A DNA stretch of 63,398 bases, filler included, from Malassezia furfur (Eukaryota), in NCBI GenBank assembly GCA_052055015.1. It is 31 parts of 31 records of this genome, joined end to end, with 100 filler letters (N's around TTAATTAATTAA, not from the genome) between each part and the next. Parts side by side here need not be neighbours in the genome. Positions count along the whole stretch, not along the records: positions 10,581 to 12,571 come from JBQJIT010001001.1; positions 12,672 to 14,659 come from JBQJIT010001002.1; positions 14,760 to 16,742 come from JBQJIT010001003.1; positions 16,843 to 18,814 come from JBQJIT010001004.1; positions 18,915 to 20,883 come from JBQJIT010001005.1; positions 20,984 to 22,946 come from JBQJIT010001007.1; positions 23,047 to 25,002 come from JBQJIT010001008.1; 24 more parts are not named here. The stretch is one strand, 5' to 3'. Shown one piece after another: positions 10,581 through 23,047 of this stretch; the stretch's first letter is position 1, and the number at the start of each line of letters is the position of its first letter. The position numbers and the translations under genes are program-made. The notes under the pieces are model-generated. The model searched no databases. It saw nothing but the letters and a program-made list of their open reading frames with translations, and had not been told where the DNA came from.

Positions 10581-12570
10581 GCGCGAGCGCGCCGGGCGCG
10601 TCGTGCAGCAGCGCGCTGGGCGCCTGGCGCGCCGCCTCCTGGCCGACGAGCCCGGGCACAAACGTGCGCAGTGCGGCGTCCACCGTGTCCTCGGCGCGGC
10701 GCACCGCGTTCTGCTGGCGGCGCACGTCGGCCATGCGGAAGAGCGCGCGCGTCTTGTCGCGCTCGTACCGCGGCGTGCGCAGTAGCTCGTTGAGCGACGG
10801 CACCTGCGCCGACGCCGCCTGCACCACCGCGTGCGTGTCCTCGGACAGGTAGTCGTGCAGCAGCGCACGCACCTCGTACTCCACCGCCTGCCACACGCGC
10901 ACGAGCGCCGCGACGCCGAGCTCGGCCGACGCACGGTCCGCCGCCGCGCCCGCAGGCGCATCGGCGCGCTGGAAGAGCGCCGCGGCAATCTCCTGCACGA
11001 CGCGGTGGCCCTGCAGCACCGCGTCCAGCTTCGAGAAGAGCGTCCAGAAAAAGTCGCGCATCGTCTCCATGTCGCGCTGCATCGCCGCGAGCTCGTGCTG
11101 CCCCGTGGCGCGCGCGCCGCCGAGCTGCGCCGCGCTCGCGAGCGAGAACGAGCGGCGCGCGCCGCCGTCCTCGATGAACGACGCAGTGAGCGCCGAGGGC
11201 GCAAACAGCACATTCTCCGTGCGTGTCGTGTCGCTCACCGCGTACCGCGCGGGGTCGTGCCGCCGGTCCACCTCGTCGATCGTCGCATCGACGAGCTGGT
11301 GCACCTCGAACGGCAGGCGCTGCCCGATCATTTCGAGCGCATACCCCATCTTGCCGAGGCGCGCCAGGCTCTCGAACAGCATCTCGAGGTACACGAACGA
11401 GTCCTGCTCGGGGTTCTGCGCGGCGCGCGGCGCGCCGTCCGCATCGGCGTCGCCCGCATCCGCAAGCGACACGTCCCCGTCGCGCTCCTCGCCGCCGTCC
11501 GCGCCCGCGCCGCCGTACGCCACGCGCGTGTGCAGCACATGCAGGAACTGCACGAGCTTGGTGGGCCGCGCGCCGTCCGCGCGCGCGTCGGGCGCATACG
11601 CCTCGCCAAACACCACGTCGGGCAGCGTGTCCTGCCCGTGGACGTAGCTGCGCCACCGCGCGTCGCAGTACGTCGACTTGAGGTACAGGTGGTTGTGCAC
11701 CTCCTCCACGAGGATCTCGAGCAGTGCGTGCTCCTGCGCACGCAGGTACGCACGCAGGTCGGCCATCGCACCGACCTCGGCGAGCTCCTCGCGCTGGATC
11801 AGCCGCAGCGAGCGCATGAGCAGCTGCGTCGCGCGCAGAAACTGCTTCTCGGCCATGAGCGTTTCGAGCTCGTCCGGCACGCTGCGCAGCTGCTCGACGA
11901 GGCCCAGCACGCGCATCGCCTCTTTGAGCGTCTCGATGCGCTGCCACATCTGTACGAGGTCCGCGCGCTTCGCGCCGAGCGCATCGCGCGCGTGCTGCAG
12001 CTTCGTCCGCGTCGCCCCCACCAGCTCCTGCGCATCGCCGAGCGAGTTGACCATGCCGTGGTTCACGGTGATGGCCAGCGCAAAGCTCTCGTAGTGGTCG
12101 TCGAGCGTGCCTTGCAGCGTGCGCTCAATCATGTCGTTCAGCGACGCAAAGTCGCCCAGCCGCGCACGCAGCGACGCATCGCTCAGCAGCCCGAGCGACA
12201 GCGCCAGCGGGTTGAAGCGGTCGTCCAGCAGAAACGGCCACTCGCCTTTGATCTTGCGCAGTGCCGCATGCAGCGCGCGGAACTTGGGCGCATCGCTCGC
12301 ATCCACGTAGTCGCCCACCGCGCGGCTCGCACCCGGCACCATCGGCGGCATCGGCGCCGCACGCTTCGCCGTGTCCAGCCCGCCGCGCAGCACGCGCGCC
12401 GTCTGCCGCTTGCGCCCCGCCTCGGTGAGTGCGCCCAGCACCGCATCGAGCGCCGCGGGCTGCCGCTCTTTCGACAGCGAGCCGAGCGCGGGGTGGTCCG
12501 CCTCGGCGATCGGCGACGCGGGTGTCGGTGCGCTCGGTGCGGGGCGCAGCCGGCTCCGTACGCCGGGCAT
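10581..12570 (-). CDS. SEC8: Exocyst subunit Sec8 (3' truncated)
   Basis: EWPFLLDDRFNPLALSL, VEEVHNHLYLKS, NPEQDSFVYLEMLFESL. Confidence 0.88.
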
Positions 12571-12671
12571 CNNNNNNNNNNNNNNNNNNNNNNNNNNNNN
12601 NNNNNNNNNNNNNNNTTAATTAATTAANNNNNNNNNNNNNNNNNNNNNNNNNNNNNNNNNNNNNNNNNNNN

Positions 12672-13005
12672 GGGCAAGGTCGCCGACGCCGCCAAGCTCG
12701 CGGTGCAGGCGCTGCAGCGCATCGCCGAGGGCGCCCCCTCCGCCGAGGAGCTCGCGCGGGCGGTCGCCAACGCCAAGTTTAGCGCCGCCACGCGGTTCGA
12801 GGGCACGCGCCAGCTTGCGCACGAGTCGGTCGCCGCGGCACTGCTCAACGACGGCACGCCGTCGCTCAGCGAGCGGCTCGCCAAGATCGACGGCGTGGAC
12901 GCCGCGGCGGTCTCGTCGCTCGCCGCGTCGCTGCTCAAGAGCAAGCCGACCACCACCGCGCTGGGTGCGCTCAAGCAGCTGCCCTACGCCGAGGAGCTCC
13001 TCTAA
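12672..13005 (+). CDS. QCR2: Cytochrome bc1 core protein 2, C-terminus
   Basis: Ends KPTTTALGALKQLPYAEELL, the typical Qcr2 C-terminus. Confidence 0.75.
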
Positions 13006-13045
13006 ATAGCTTGGCCCCGATAGGTCCCTCTGCCTATTAGTAACC

Positions 13046-14177
13046 ATGTCCAGCGCCCCGCGCGTCGTCCAGTGCACCCGCGTGCCCAGCGCCTATCTGC
13101 AGGAGGCGCACGACCGCGGTGACATCCGCCTCACCGTCTGGACGCCGGCGGAGGACGAGGCACACCTCACCACCGCGCCGCGCGCGTGGCTCCTGGAGCA
13201 TGCGCCGGGCGCCAGTGCGCTGCTCGTCGTGCTCCAGAACCGCGTCGACGCCGAGCTGCTCGACCGCGCAGGCGACTCGCTGCGCGTCGTGTCGACGATG
13301 AGCGTCGGCTACGACCACATCGACCTCGACGCGTGCGCCCAGCGCAATGTCCGCGTCGGCTACAGTACGTGCCCCTCCTCACCCAGCGCCGCACGTCCTC
13401 ACCGAGGCCGTCGCCGATACCGCCGTGCTCCTCGCCCTGATGGGCACGCGCCATGCGCTCCCCGCCAGCCGCCTCGTCTCCGACGGCCGCTGGCCCAAGA
13501 CGCCCATGCGCCCGCTCACGCTCACCGGGCCGAGCCTCGAGGGCAAGACGATCGGGTTCGTGGGCTTCGGCGCGATTGCGCAGACCGCCGCACGCCGCCT
13601 CGCGTCCTTCCGCCCGAAGCGCGTGGTGTACACCGCGTCGAAGCCCAAGCCGTTCGACGCGAACAGCTCTGCTTTTGCGCCGCTCCTCGACGACGTCCTC
13701 GGCACCTACGTCCGTGCGCACGGACGCCTGCCGTTCGACCTCGAAAACGTCGAGGACGTCGGCGAAATGGCCGCCGAGGCCGACGTGCTTATCGTGCTCG
13801 CCAACCTGTCGCCGTCGACGCACCACATCGTCAACGCCGACGTCCTGAAGCGCATGAAGAAGACGGCAACGGTCGTCAACGTCGCTCGCGGGCCGCTGAT
13901 CGACACCGACGCGCTCGTCGACGCACTCAAGCGCGACGCGCTCGCCTGCGCGGCGCTCGACGTGCTCGAGGGCGAGCCGCAGATCACGCCGGACCACCCG
14001 CTCCTTGCGCCGGAGCTCGCCGATAAGGTCGTGCTCCTCCCGCACATCGGCAGCGCCACGTACGAGGCACGCGAGGGCATGGCCAACTACGCAACGCTCA
14101 ACCTGCTCGCCGGACTTTCCCTGCGCCCGGGCGCGGAGAAGGACAAGTTCTGTGCGGAGCTCACCCTGCCCAAGTAG
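13046..14177 (+). CDS. Glyoxylate/hydroxypyruvate reductase (D-2-hydroxyacid dehydrogenase family)
   Basis: STMSVGYDHID, GFVGFGAIA, VNVARG, LDVLEGEP, PHIGSAT. A 22-nt intron at 13365-13386 joins two frames to give VGYTPHVLTEAVAD. Confidence 0.9.
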
Positions 14178-14183
14178 TGTGGT

Positions 14184-14659
14184 CTATTCGTCGTCGCTAT
14201 CACTCGCATAGGCGGCCAACCCCTGCAGCGTTTTGGGCGCGGGCGCAGGCGCAGGCGCGGGCGCCTTGTGCCGCAGCGCCGCCAGCGAGCGCACCGCCTC
14301 GTCACTGAGCAGGCCGTGCGCCTCGGCCTTCTTGGCCTCCTTGGCCTGCGGCGCCGGCAGCGCCGCCGGGGCGTGCTCGGCGTCGTACGCCTTCCACCCC
14401 CGCGCGTTCTCCGCATCGAGGCGCGCGGCCTCCTCGGGCGAGAGCGCGAGCCGCTGCCGCTTCGCGCGCGCATACTCGCCCCAGTCGATAGTCGGGTCGT
14501 CCTTGCTCGCCTCGTACGCCGCGTCCTGCTCGGCGCGCGCCGCGTCGATGGCGGCGATCTGGCGCTCGCCCTGCTTGCGCAGCGCCTCCTCCTCCTTCGG
14601 CACAAAGTCGTTCTTGGGGTCGTCGGTCGACCAGCGCACGTTGAGCACCTCGTTGTGGT
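14184..14659 (-). CDS. CWC2: Pre-mRNA splicing factor Cwc2, C-terminal part
   Basis: HNEVLNVRWSTDDP (end of the RRM) and terminal LAAYASDSDDE. Confidence 0.7.
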
Positions 14660-14778
14660 NNNNNNNNNNNNNNNNNNNNNNNNNNNNNNNNNNNNNNNNN
14701 NNNTTAATTAATTAANNNNNNNNNNNNNNNNNNNNNNNNNNNNNNNNNNNNNNNNNNNNGGGAGTGTGCGCCTATGGA

Positions 14779-16742
14779 CTAGGTACGGATGCGGCGCCAC
14801 CGTGCGTAACCCTCGAGCATCTGTGGCGTGATGCGCCGGCGCATCGTGCGTGCCGCTGTCTCAAAGTGGCGCGCCGCGACTTCTTGGCACTCCATATCCT
14901 CGTTCATCGCGAGCATGCCGGCCTCCTGGCAGATCGACACCATTTCGGCGCCTGAGCAACCATCCGCCTGGGTCAGTTGGGGCAACGTACGAGCTCAGCG
15001 ATCGCGTGCAGGTCGACGTCCGACGCAATAGCCATTTTGCGTGTGCGCAGCGCAAGGATCTTGCGGCGGGCCTCGACGTTGGGCGGCCCGACGTACACGA
15101 GGCGGTCCATGCGGCCCGGGCGCAGCAGTGCGGGGTCAATGCAGTCCGGCCGGTTCGTCGCGGCGATCACAATCACATGGTTGTCCGTATCGATGCCGTC
15201 CATCTCGGTCAAGAGGCTCGCGACGATGCGGTCGTTGGCGGCGCTGCTCGTGTCTTGGCTGCGTACGCCCGAGATGGCGTCCAGTTCGTCCTGCGTCAGT
15301 CGCTGCACCTACAAAGAACAGAATGGCCGGCGCCGCGGCGCGCGCGCGGCGGAACATTTCGCGGATCGCACGCTCCGACTCGCCGACGTACTTGCTGATC
15401 AGCTCCGGGCCGCGGATCGCGAGGAAGTTGAGGCCGCTCTCCTTCGCGAGCGCCTTGGCGGTCATCGTCTTGCTGCACCCCGGTGGTCCGTACAGCAAGG
15501 CACCCTTGGGCGCGTCGATGCCGAGGCGCTGGAACGTGTGTGCGTACTTCAGCGGCCACTCGACACACTCGCGGATCTGGCGCTGGACGCTGGGAATCGT
15601 CTCGCCGTCCGCGCCGGTCTGCTCGCCGTTGTCCGCAATGTCCGACCAGGACACTTTGGGCGTCTCGACAAACACCTCACGCATCGCCGACGGGCGCACG
15701 ATCGCCTGCGCGTGCACAAAGTCGGCGTGCGCCACACGCTCGGGGTCGGCGTCCGTCGGGGCGAGCGACAGGCGCGCCATGCCGGCGTCGAGCGCGTGCA
15801 CGCGGCGTGCGATGGCGGCCATGCCCGCCTCGCGCACGAGCGCCGCGAGGTCCGCGCCGACGTACCCGTGTGTGCGTGCGGCGATGGCGTCGAGGTCGTC
15901 GGCGCTGAGCGTGTGCGGCACCGGCCGCAGGAGCACCTGCAGGATGGCGAGGCGTGCGTCGCGGTCCGGCACGCCGATCTCGATCTCGCGGTCGAGGCGC
16001 CCCGGTCGGCGGAGCGCGGGGTCGAGTGCGTTGGGGCGGTTCGTCGCGGCAATAACCACGACGCGCCCCGACGATGCGGTGTTCATCCCGTCGAGCAGGG
16101 TGAGGAGCGTCGCGACGACGCGGCGCTCGACCTCGCCGGCGCCCTCGGTCTGCACGGCCGCGCTACTGTCGCGCCGCGGCGCAAGCGCATCGATCTCGTC
16201 CATGACGATGATGGCACGCTCGTGCGTCGCTGCGCGCTCAAACACGGCGCGCAGCTTGGACTCGGTCTCGCCGTGGAACGTGGAGCTGAGCTCGGGGCCG
16301 TTGATCGTGAGGACGTGTGCCTTGAGCGACGCGGCGACGGTGCGCGCGAGCGATGTCTTTCCCGTGCCCGGCGGCCCGTACAGGAGCACGCCGCGCGGCG
16401 CGGGCAGTCCATAGTGCGCAAAGAGCGCCGGCTGCGTGAGCGGCAGCTCGACGAGCGTGCGGATCGCTGCGATCTGCGCGTCGAGGCCGCCGAGCGCGCT
16501 GTAGGCGCGTGCGTCGACGAGCGCCTCGGGCTCGGGCGTGGCGCTGGAGGCGAGCGCGAGGCGCGTGTGCCGCGTCACCAGGACGAGCGTGCCGGGCTGC
16601 GTGAGCGGTGCCTCGTCGTCCGCCGCGACGAGCTCAGCGCGGTACGTCTGCCCCTGGAACGTGAGCTGCAGCGTGGAGCCGAGCAGGGCGATGCCGATGT
16701 CGACGAGCATGTGCAGCAGCACGGTCTGGAGCAGCTCGTGGA
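14779..16742 (-). CDS. AFG2: Double-ring AAA+ ATPase Afg2/Drg1/SPATA5 (5' truncated)
   Basis: GPPGTGKT and the diagnostic GPPGCSKT; introns 15291-15312 (22 nt, ILFF|DELD) and 14968-14990 (23 nt). Confidence 0.9.
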
Positions 16743-16842
16743 NNNNNNNNNNNNNNNNNNNNNNNNNNNNNNNNNNNNNNNNNNNNTTAATTAATTAANN
16801 NNNNNNNNNNNNNNNNNNNNNNNNNNNNNNNNNNNNNNNNNN

Positions 16843-17643
16843 GGGGGGTGCCGGGCGTGGGGTGGGGGCCGGGCGTCCACGGCGCGATGCGTTCGTCGCC
16901 AAACTCAAACTGCGCCTTGCCGCGGCACACGCACAGCGACTGGTCCGGGCAGAAGCCGCAGTCGAAGCCGATCTCGTCGGGATCGCTGGGCGAGTCGGTG
17001 TCGCGCAGCGTCTTGGTGAGCTGCGACAGCGTATGGGTCGGCGTGGGCGCCGAGGCGCCGGTGCCTGGCGCGCTGGGCCGGCGCACCGCGAAGGCGCCCG
17101 GCGATGCGCCAAAGTGCGGGGCGTCGCGCGCAGGGCTGGCCCCCACCTCGTGTTTCGGCGGGAGGCACCCGCTCGGCGAGCGCGCGTCGGTGCGTGGCGT
17201 GGATGTGGCGAGCGCCTTGAGCTGCTGCTCGAGCTGCTCGCAGCGCGCCATCAGCGCCTCGTTCTTTTGGCGGAGCATGGTGGCCTCCTCGCGGCACTGG
17301 AGCGCGATGCGCTGCATCTGCACGTTGGCGTCGATCTCGCGCGCCTCGTAGCGTGCCACCTTCTCCTCGAGCTCGGTGAGATAAGCGTGCCGCCGCTCGC
17401 GGAAGGCGCGCTGCGACGCACGGTTCTGGGCCTTGCGTTTCTGGGTGAGTGGTGCAGGGCACATACAGTGAGCGGTACCTCGGCGGCGGGCTTGCGCCCC
17501 GGCTTGCCACGCGCGGGCAGCACCCATTCCTTGCTGGGCTGCACGATATCGTCGGCGGGCGGCGAGGACGCCGGGAGCGCGGCCTGCATGGGCGACGGCG
17601 CGACGGGCATGGAGCTGCGCATGTCCATCATCGCCAAAGACAT
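16843..17643 (-). CDS. HAPX: Iron-responsive bZIP transcription factor HapX-like (3' truncated)
   Basis: Hap4-like motif SKEWVLPARGKPGRKP, 26-nt intron 17441-17466, bZIP KRKAQNRASQRAFRERR, Cys cluster CGFCPDQSLCVC. Confidence 0.85.
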
Positions 17644-17760
17644 GCCCCGGTGCACACGTCGTCGTGCACGCTCCGGATCCTTGTGCTGTGTGCGGAGGAC
17701 CGGACCAAGGCCGCGCCGCCGTACCCCGTGCGAGGCCGGCCGTGGCGTGCTTCGCCGCGC

Positions 17761-17771
17761 TAATCTGATTA
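17761..17771. promoter_or_regulatory. GATA-like palindrome TAATCTGATTA in the HapX/EFM7 divergent promoter
   Basis: One mismatch from ATCWGATAA on both strands; AT-rich island in GC-rich DNA. Confidence 0.45.
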
Positions 17772-17864
17772 TGCAGCCGCCATCACTCCACGTGGTGCTG
17801 AGGTAAGGCACCGCGGCGATTGGGCGCCGGCGCGCGACGGCTGCCGCGCGCGCACGCTGCAGCG

Positions 17865-18660
17865 ATGGGCGACGGCGGCGCTAGCGACACGGAGGACGAG
17901 GCGGGCGCCTGGGGGCTGTTTGACGAGCCGGACGGCTTCCGGCCCAAGACGCCGCCGCCCACCGAGGTCGTGCAGCGCCTGCACGACGGATCGGACGTGC
18001 GCCTGCGCCTCGTCGGCAGCCACCCGCTGTGGGGGCACTACCTGTGGAACGCGGCGCCGACGATGGCGACCTACCTGCAGGAGCACGCAGACCGCTACGT
18101 GCGTGGGCGTGCACTGCTCGAGCTCGGCGCGGCGGCGGGCCTGCCGTCGATCGCGGCCGACCGCGCGGGCGCCGCCATCGTCGTCGCGACCGACTACCCC
18201 GACCCCGACCTAATGCAGAACCTCGCGCACAACCTCACGCACAACGCGTGCACGCACGCGACCGCGCACGGCTACATCTGGGGCGCCGACGCCGCGCCGC
18301 TGCGTGCGCTCGTGCCGCACGACTACGACGTGGTGCTCATGTCCGACCTGATCTTCAACCACCAGGCGCACGAGGCCCTGCTCGATACGTGCGACGCGTG
18401 CCTCACGCGCGACGCCGCGCGCGCGCCGTGTGCGCTGGTCTTTTTTAGCCACCACCGCCCGCACCTCGCGGAGAAGGACGCGCACTTTTTCACGCGCGCA
18501 GGCGCGCGCGGCTACGGCTGTGAGAAAATCGGCGAATGGCATTTGGAGGTATGTACGCCCCGAGGCGCTAAGAATGCAGCCCATGTTTCCAGAAGACCCA
18601 GGGGACGCGCGCGTGCGAGCCACGGTGCATGGCTGGCTGCTCACGCGCGTCGTATCGTAG
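17865..18660 (+). CDS. EFM7: Efm7/Nnt1 protein methyltransferase
   Basis: LRLVGSHPLWGHYLWNA, LELGAAAGLPS, TDYPD, SDLIFNH. A 31-nt intron at 18549-18579 gives PMFPEDPGD. Confidence 0.88.
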
Positions 18661-19015
18661 CTAGTTTTATGTCCCTCTTTTGATCAAGCACCGCGCGGCG
18701 TCGGCGCACGCGCCCCGACGTCGAGTGCAGCAAGCGCGTCGCTCAGCTCGCCGACGCCCGGCGCAGGCGGCGCGTACGTCGGCGTGGCGCCCGTCGGCGT
18801 GGCGCCGTCGCTCGNNNNNNNNNNNNNNNNNNNNNNNNNNNNNNNNNNNNNNNNNNNNTTAATTAATTAANNNNNNNNNNNNNNNNNNNNNNNNNNNNNN
18901 NNNNNNNNNNNNNNCCGCCCGTGTCGCCCGGCGCGTCGCCGGACAAGGCGGGGCGCGGCGAGGCGCGCTTTCGCGACCGCCTGGCACGATTCAAGCCGGC
19001 TACGTAGGACGTAGA

Positions 19016-20883
19016 CTACCGCGACGCGGCGCGCGACTCGGCGCGCCGCGCGCGCGCCAACACATTGGCGCTCATCAACTGCACGACGTCCGACTCGAGC
19101 AGCTCGCTCTCGTGCGTGTCCGAGGCGCGCAGCGTGAGGCGCACCACGGCGTCCGCCACGCTCTGGTACGAGCGTAAAAAGTTGCTCGACTCTTGCGCCG
19201 ACGGCACCATCGGCGCGCGCTCCGTGTCCCGCGGCGAGACATGCGCCGCGGCCGCGGGCGTTGCGCCCGTGTCGTGCGTACTGAGCGCCTCGATGCACGC
19301 CTCCAGGCACGGCGCGTGCGCCGCGCTCTTTTCCTCGACCACGTCCACCACCGCCGACTGGAGCTCGGCGCGCGTCTTGAATGGGATCGTCGGGTTGCGC
19401 TCGACCTCGACGGCAGGTGGGCGGTGGGGGTACTGCAGCGGGAAGGTGAAAACGATGCGCAGGTACGCCAGCGCATGGTCCTGCTCGCCCCACGGCCCGC
19501 TGATCAGCAGCGTGCATCGGCGGTGTGCGACGTCGATCGCCTCGAACACGTTGGGGAAGCGGCGGCCGACACGCATGATCTCGTCGGGCAGCACGCCGTA
19601 GTTGGGGGTATTCGGCGGCGCGGCCGCTGACGGCGCAGCTTCGTCGCCGCCCTCGTCGCCGCGCTCGATCTGCACACGTGCGAGCCAGTTGACAGGGTCA
19701 TGGAATGCGTCCATGAACTCGTCCTTGTCCTGGTAGCGCATCTGCGGCCCGGCATCCTGCGTCGTGCGGTGCTGCAGCCCGCCGACCGGCGGCGAGTAGC
19801 CCTCGAGCACGGGGCGGTGCCGCATGCTCGCACGCGGGCGGCTGGGCAGCGAGCACGGATTCGCGCCCAGCATCGCCTGGCGATCGGGCAGCGAGCGCGC
19901 GACGTCGCTGGCGGCGCGGCGCGGCGACGCGCTGCTGCTCGCAAACGAGCCCTGCGACGGCGAGGTGAGCCATGTGTCCTGGCGCACGCGCCGCGGCTCC
20001 TGGATGCGGATGCCCTCGCGCGCCTCGGCTTCGGTGTCGCGTGGCGCCGTGGAGGCGACCGTGTGAAAGGGCGCGCCGGGGACGTGGCCCACGGCGCCAA
20101 GCACCTCGTCGGTGATGGGCCACATGCGCAGCGTCTGGTCCTTGCTCCAGGTGAGCAGCTGGAACTCGCGGTCGTCGTGCGCAGCGTCATTGCCGCCCTT
20201 GGTGCGGAAGAGAAACTCGCGCACGACGTCCGTATGTCCCTCGAAGCGCTTGACGGGCGAGACCTGCGTGCCGCCGGCCCACAGGCACGGCGCTGTATCG
20301 CCGCGCTGCGCAACCGACAGGGCGCCGTGCCCAAACGGGAGGTACTTGGCGCGCCATACGGGCTGCGACGTGGCAATCGTCGCCTCGGGCACCGTGATGA
20401 GCTGCCGCCGCGCCGACGCGGCGCGCGACGCCTCCGTGCCGAGGTCCCAGTACTTGATCGTGCCGTCGAGCGAGCACGTCATAAACTGGTCGCGTCCGCG
20501 CTCCGTCTCGGGACTCCACTGCAGCCCGTAGATCTTGCTGTGGTGCGCCTCGACACTCGCGAGCGGCAGCGCGCCAAAGCGGTCATCCCACACAAGTACT
20601 TTGTTGTCGCACGACGCCGCGATGCGGTGCGGCGACACGCGGTTCCACTTGACCTGCGTCATGCTCGCATTCCACGCGCTGTACCCCTGTGCGGGGCGGT
20701 GGCCGCCGCGCCCGCCCATGCGCAGGTCCCACAGGTAGGTCCAGGTGTCTACGCTGCAGCTCGCCAGGATTTCTGGGTGAATGGGCGACCAGTTGATGTC
20801 GGTGATCGCGCGGGTGTGGGCGTCAAACAGGCGCTCGATCGCACTCGAGGCGCTCTCGACCGGCTGCACGGTGCGCTGCGGGT
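19016..20883 (-). CDS. MTC5: WDR59/Sea3/Mtc5-like WD40 + RWD protein (5' truncated)
   Basis: HTRAITDINW, QVKWNR, PVWRAKYLPFG, FQLLTWSKD, RWD region GPWG...FPLQYP. Confidence 0.8.
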
Positions 20884-20983
20884 NNNNNNNNNNNNNNNNN
20901 NNNNNNNNNNNNNNNNNNNNNNNNNNNTTAATTAATTAANNNNNNNNNNNNNNNNNNNNNNNNNNNNNNNNNNNNNNNNNNNN

Positions 20984-22946
20984 TCGGGCACCGCCGCGAG
21001 CAGCGCACGCACCGCCTCGCCACGGAAGTCGGCGGCGTGGGCGGCCAGCGCCTCGCGCGCCTCGGCAAACCGCGCAAACGCCGCGAGCGTCGCGAGAAAC
21101 TCGCGCGGGCGGCACTTGCCCGCGACGATGCGCGTCTGCAGCCGCTCGAGGTCCGGCAGCGCACGCGCGAACTGCGCAAACGCCTCGCCGAACGCGGGGT
21201 GCGCCAGCAGGTCGTCCACGGCGTCGAGGCGCGCCTCGATCGCCGCGACGTCCGCGAGCGGCGCCGTGAGCCACAGCGTAAAGAGGCGGCGCCCGAACGG
21301 CGTGACGCACCGGTTGAGCAGGCGGTGCAGCGTGCCCTCGTCCGTGCCCTGGTCGTTGTGCAGGACGTTGAGGTGCGTGAGCGACTTGGCATCGAGCACC
21401 AGCGCACCGCGCTCGCTCGGCGGCGGCAGGCGCGCAAAGTTGCCGCTCGCACACAGGTCGCGCTCGAGGTGCAGCTGCGCAAGGTACCACAGCATCGCGC
21501 CGACCGCCGACGTCGCGAGGCGCTCGGCGGGCAAGGCCGCAAGCGCCTCGGGGCGCGCCTCGGCAAACAGCGTGTCGAGGCGCGCCGCGGCGGCGTCCGC
21601 GTCCAGGAACTCGGTGCCCGCACGCAGCAGCGTCACCTGGCACGTCGCCGGCACCACGTTGCGCACGAGGCGCAGCGTGCTGGGCGCCACGTGCCCCTTC
21701 TCGAGGAGCACCTCGCGCACGCGCAGCGAGCGGAGCACCGTCTCGAGCTGCGTGAGCACCGCGTCGTCCTGCACCTCGAGCCACCGGAACTCGGCGATGG
21801 AGGCGTCGAGCGTGCAGATGCCAAACGCGGGCGGCGCGCCCGGCTCCGTGCGGTGCTCCTTGATGCTCACGCAGTAGCTGCTCAGGTCGTCGGCCAGCAC
21901 ACTGCCGTCGACGATCGTGCCGCTCGTCACGACGTGCCGCAGCTCGCGGCGCACAATCTCGGAGCCGCCGCCGCGCGACTTTTCGCCGACGCGCATGCCT
22001 TTGGCGACCGCCGTCTCGCACTGGTCCACGCGCCCGACCTTGTACCCGAGCGCAAGCAGCTTCGTGGCAAACAGGTCAAACGACGCCTCGGGCACGCCGA
22101 CCATCTTCATCTTGACGCGGTCCGTGAGCTTCAGGTCGCACTCGCGGTGCCCAATCAGCGCGTCGTTTTCGTACAGCTCGTAAAACTTGCCCTTCTGGAA
22201 GAAGAGCACCGTGTCAAAGTGGTTCTGCTTCACCTCCCAGAACTGCTTCTCAAACGGCGTAAACGTGCGCCAGGCACTGGGGGGGATGTACAGCGTGCGC
22301 TGGTCGTAGTTTAGGTCGCCGGGGCGGTTCATATCTTTGTCGCGCACGTCCAGCAGGAAACTGTACGCCTCTTCGTTCTCGAGCTTGCGCTTCTTGTCTT
22401 CCTCGACACGTCGCTCCGCCTTGGTGAGGTGGTGCAGCGCCATGCTTGGACGCGACGCGCTAGGGGGCGAATACGAGGCGCTCGGCGCCATGGCGCGCGG
22501 TGTGGCCGGCGCCGGCGCGCGGCGCTTGCGCGCCGGCACCTCGTCGTCCGACTCTTCCGGCTCGGGCTCGGGCTCAGGCTCGGCGTCGCTTGCGTCGCTC
22601 GGCACGGCGCTGACGTCGGAGGCCGACGCCTCGCTCGAGGCGTCGGAGAGCACAAACTCATCCTCGGACGCTTGCGATTCGTCGTCGTCGTCGTCGCTCT
22701 CCTCCTCCTCACTCGAGCCAGTACGCTCCTCGTAGTAGTTGACGCGCCGCGCGGCACGGCGGCGGCCACCCACCTCTTCGTCGGGCACGTCGCTGGACGG
22801 CGGCGGCGTCAGTGACTGGTCCGAGGCGCGCGGCGTCGGAGAAGAGAGCGGCGAGCTGCGCGTGCGCTTGGCAGGCGTGGCGCTGGGCGTCGCAGGCGTG
22901 GGTGGCGCGCGGCGCTTGCGGGGAGCGGCGGCCGGCACGCCGGTGG
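20984..22946 (-). CDS. MSH6: Mismatch repair protein Msh6 (internal fragment)
   Basis: YDQRTLYIP, FTPFEKQFWEVK, FFQKGKFYELYEND, CVTPFGRRLF. Confidence 0.95.
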
Positions 22947-23047
22947 NNNNNNNNNNNNNNNNNNNNNNNNNNNNNNNNNNNNNNNNNNNNTTAATTAATT
23001 AANNNNNNNNNNNNNNNNNNNNNNNNNNNNNNNNNNNNNNNNNNNNT

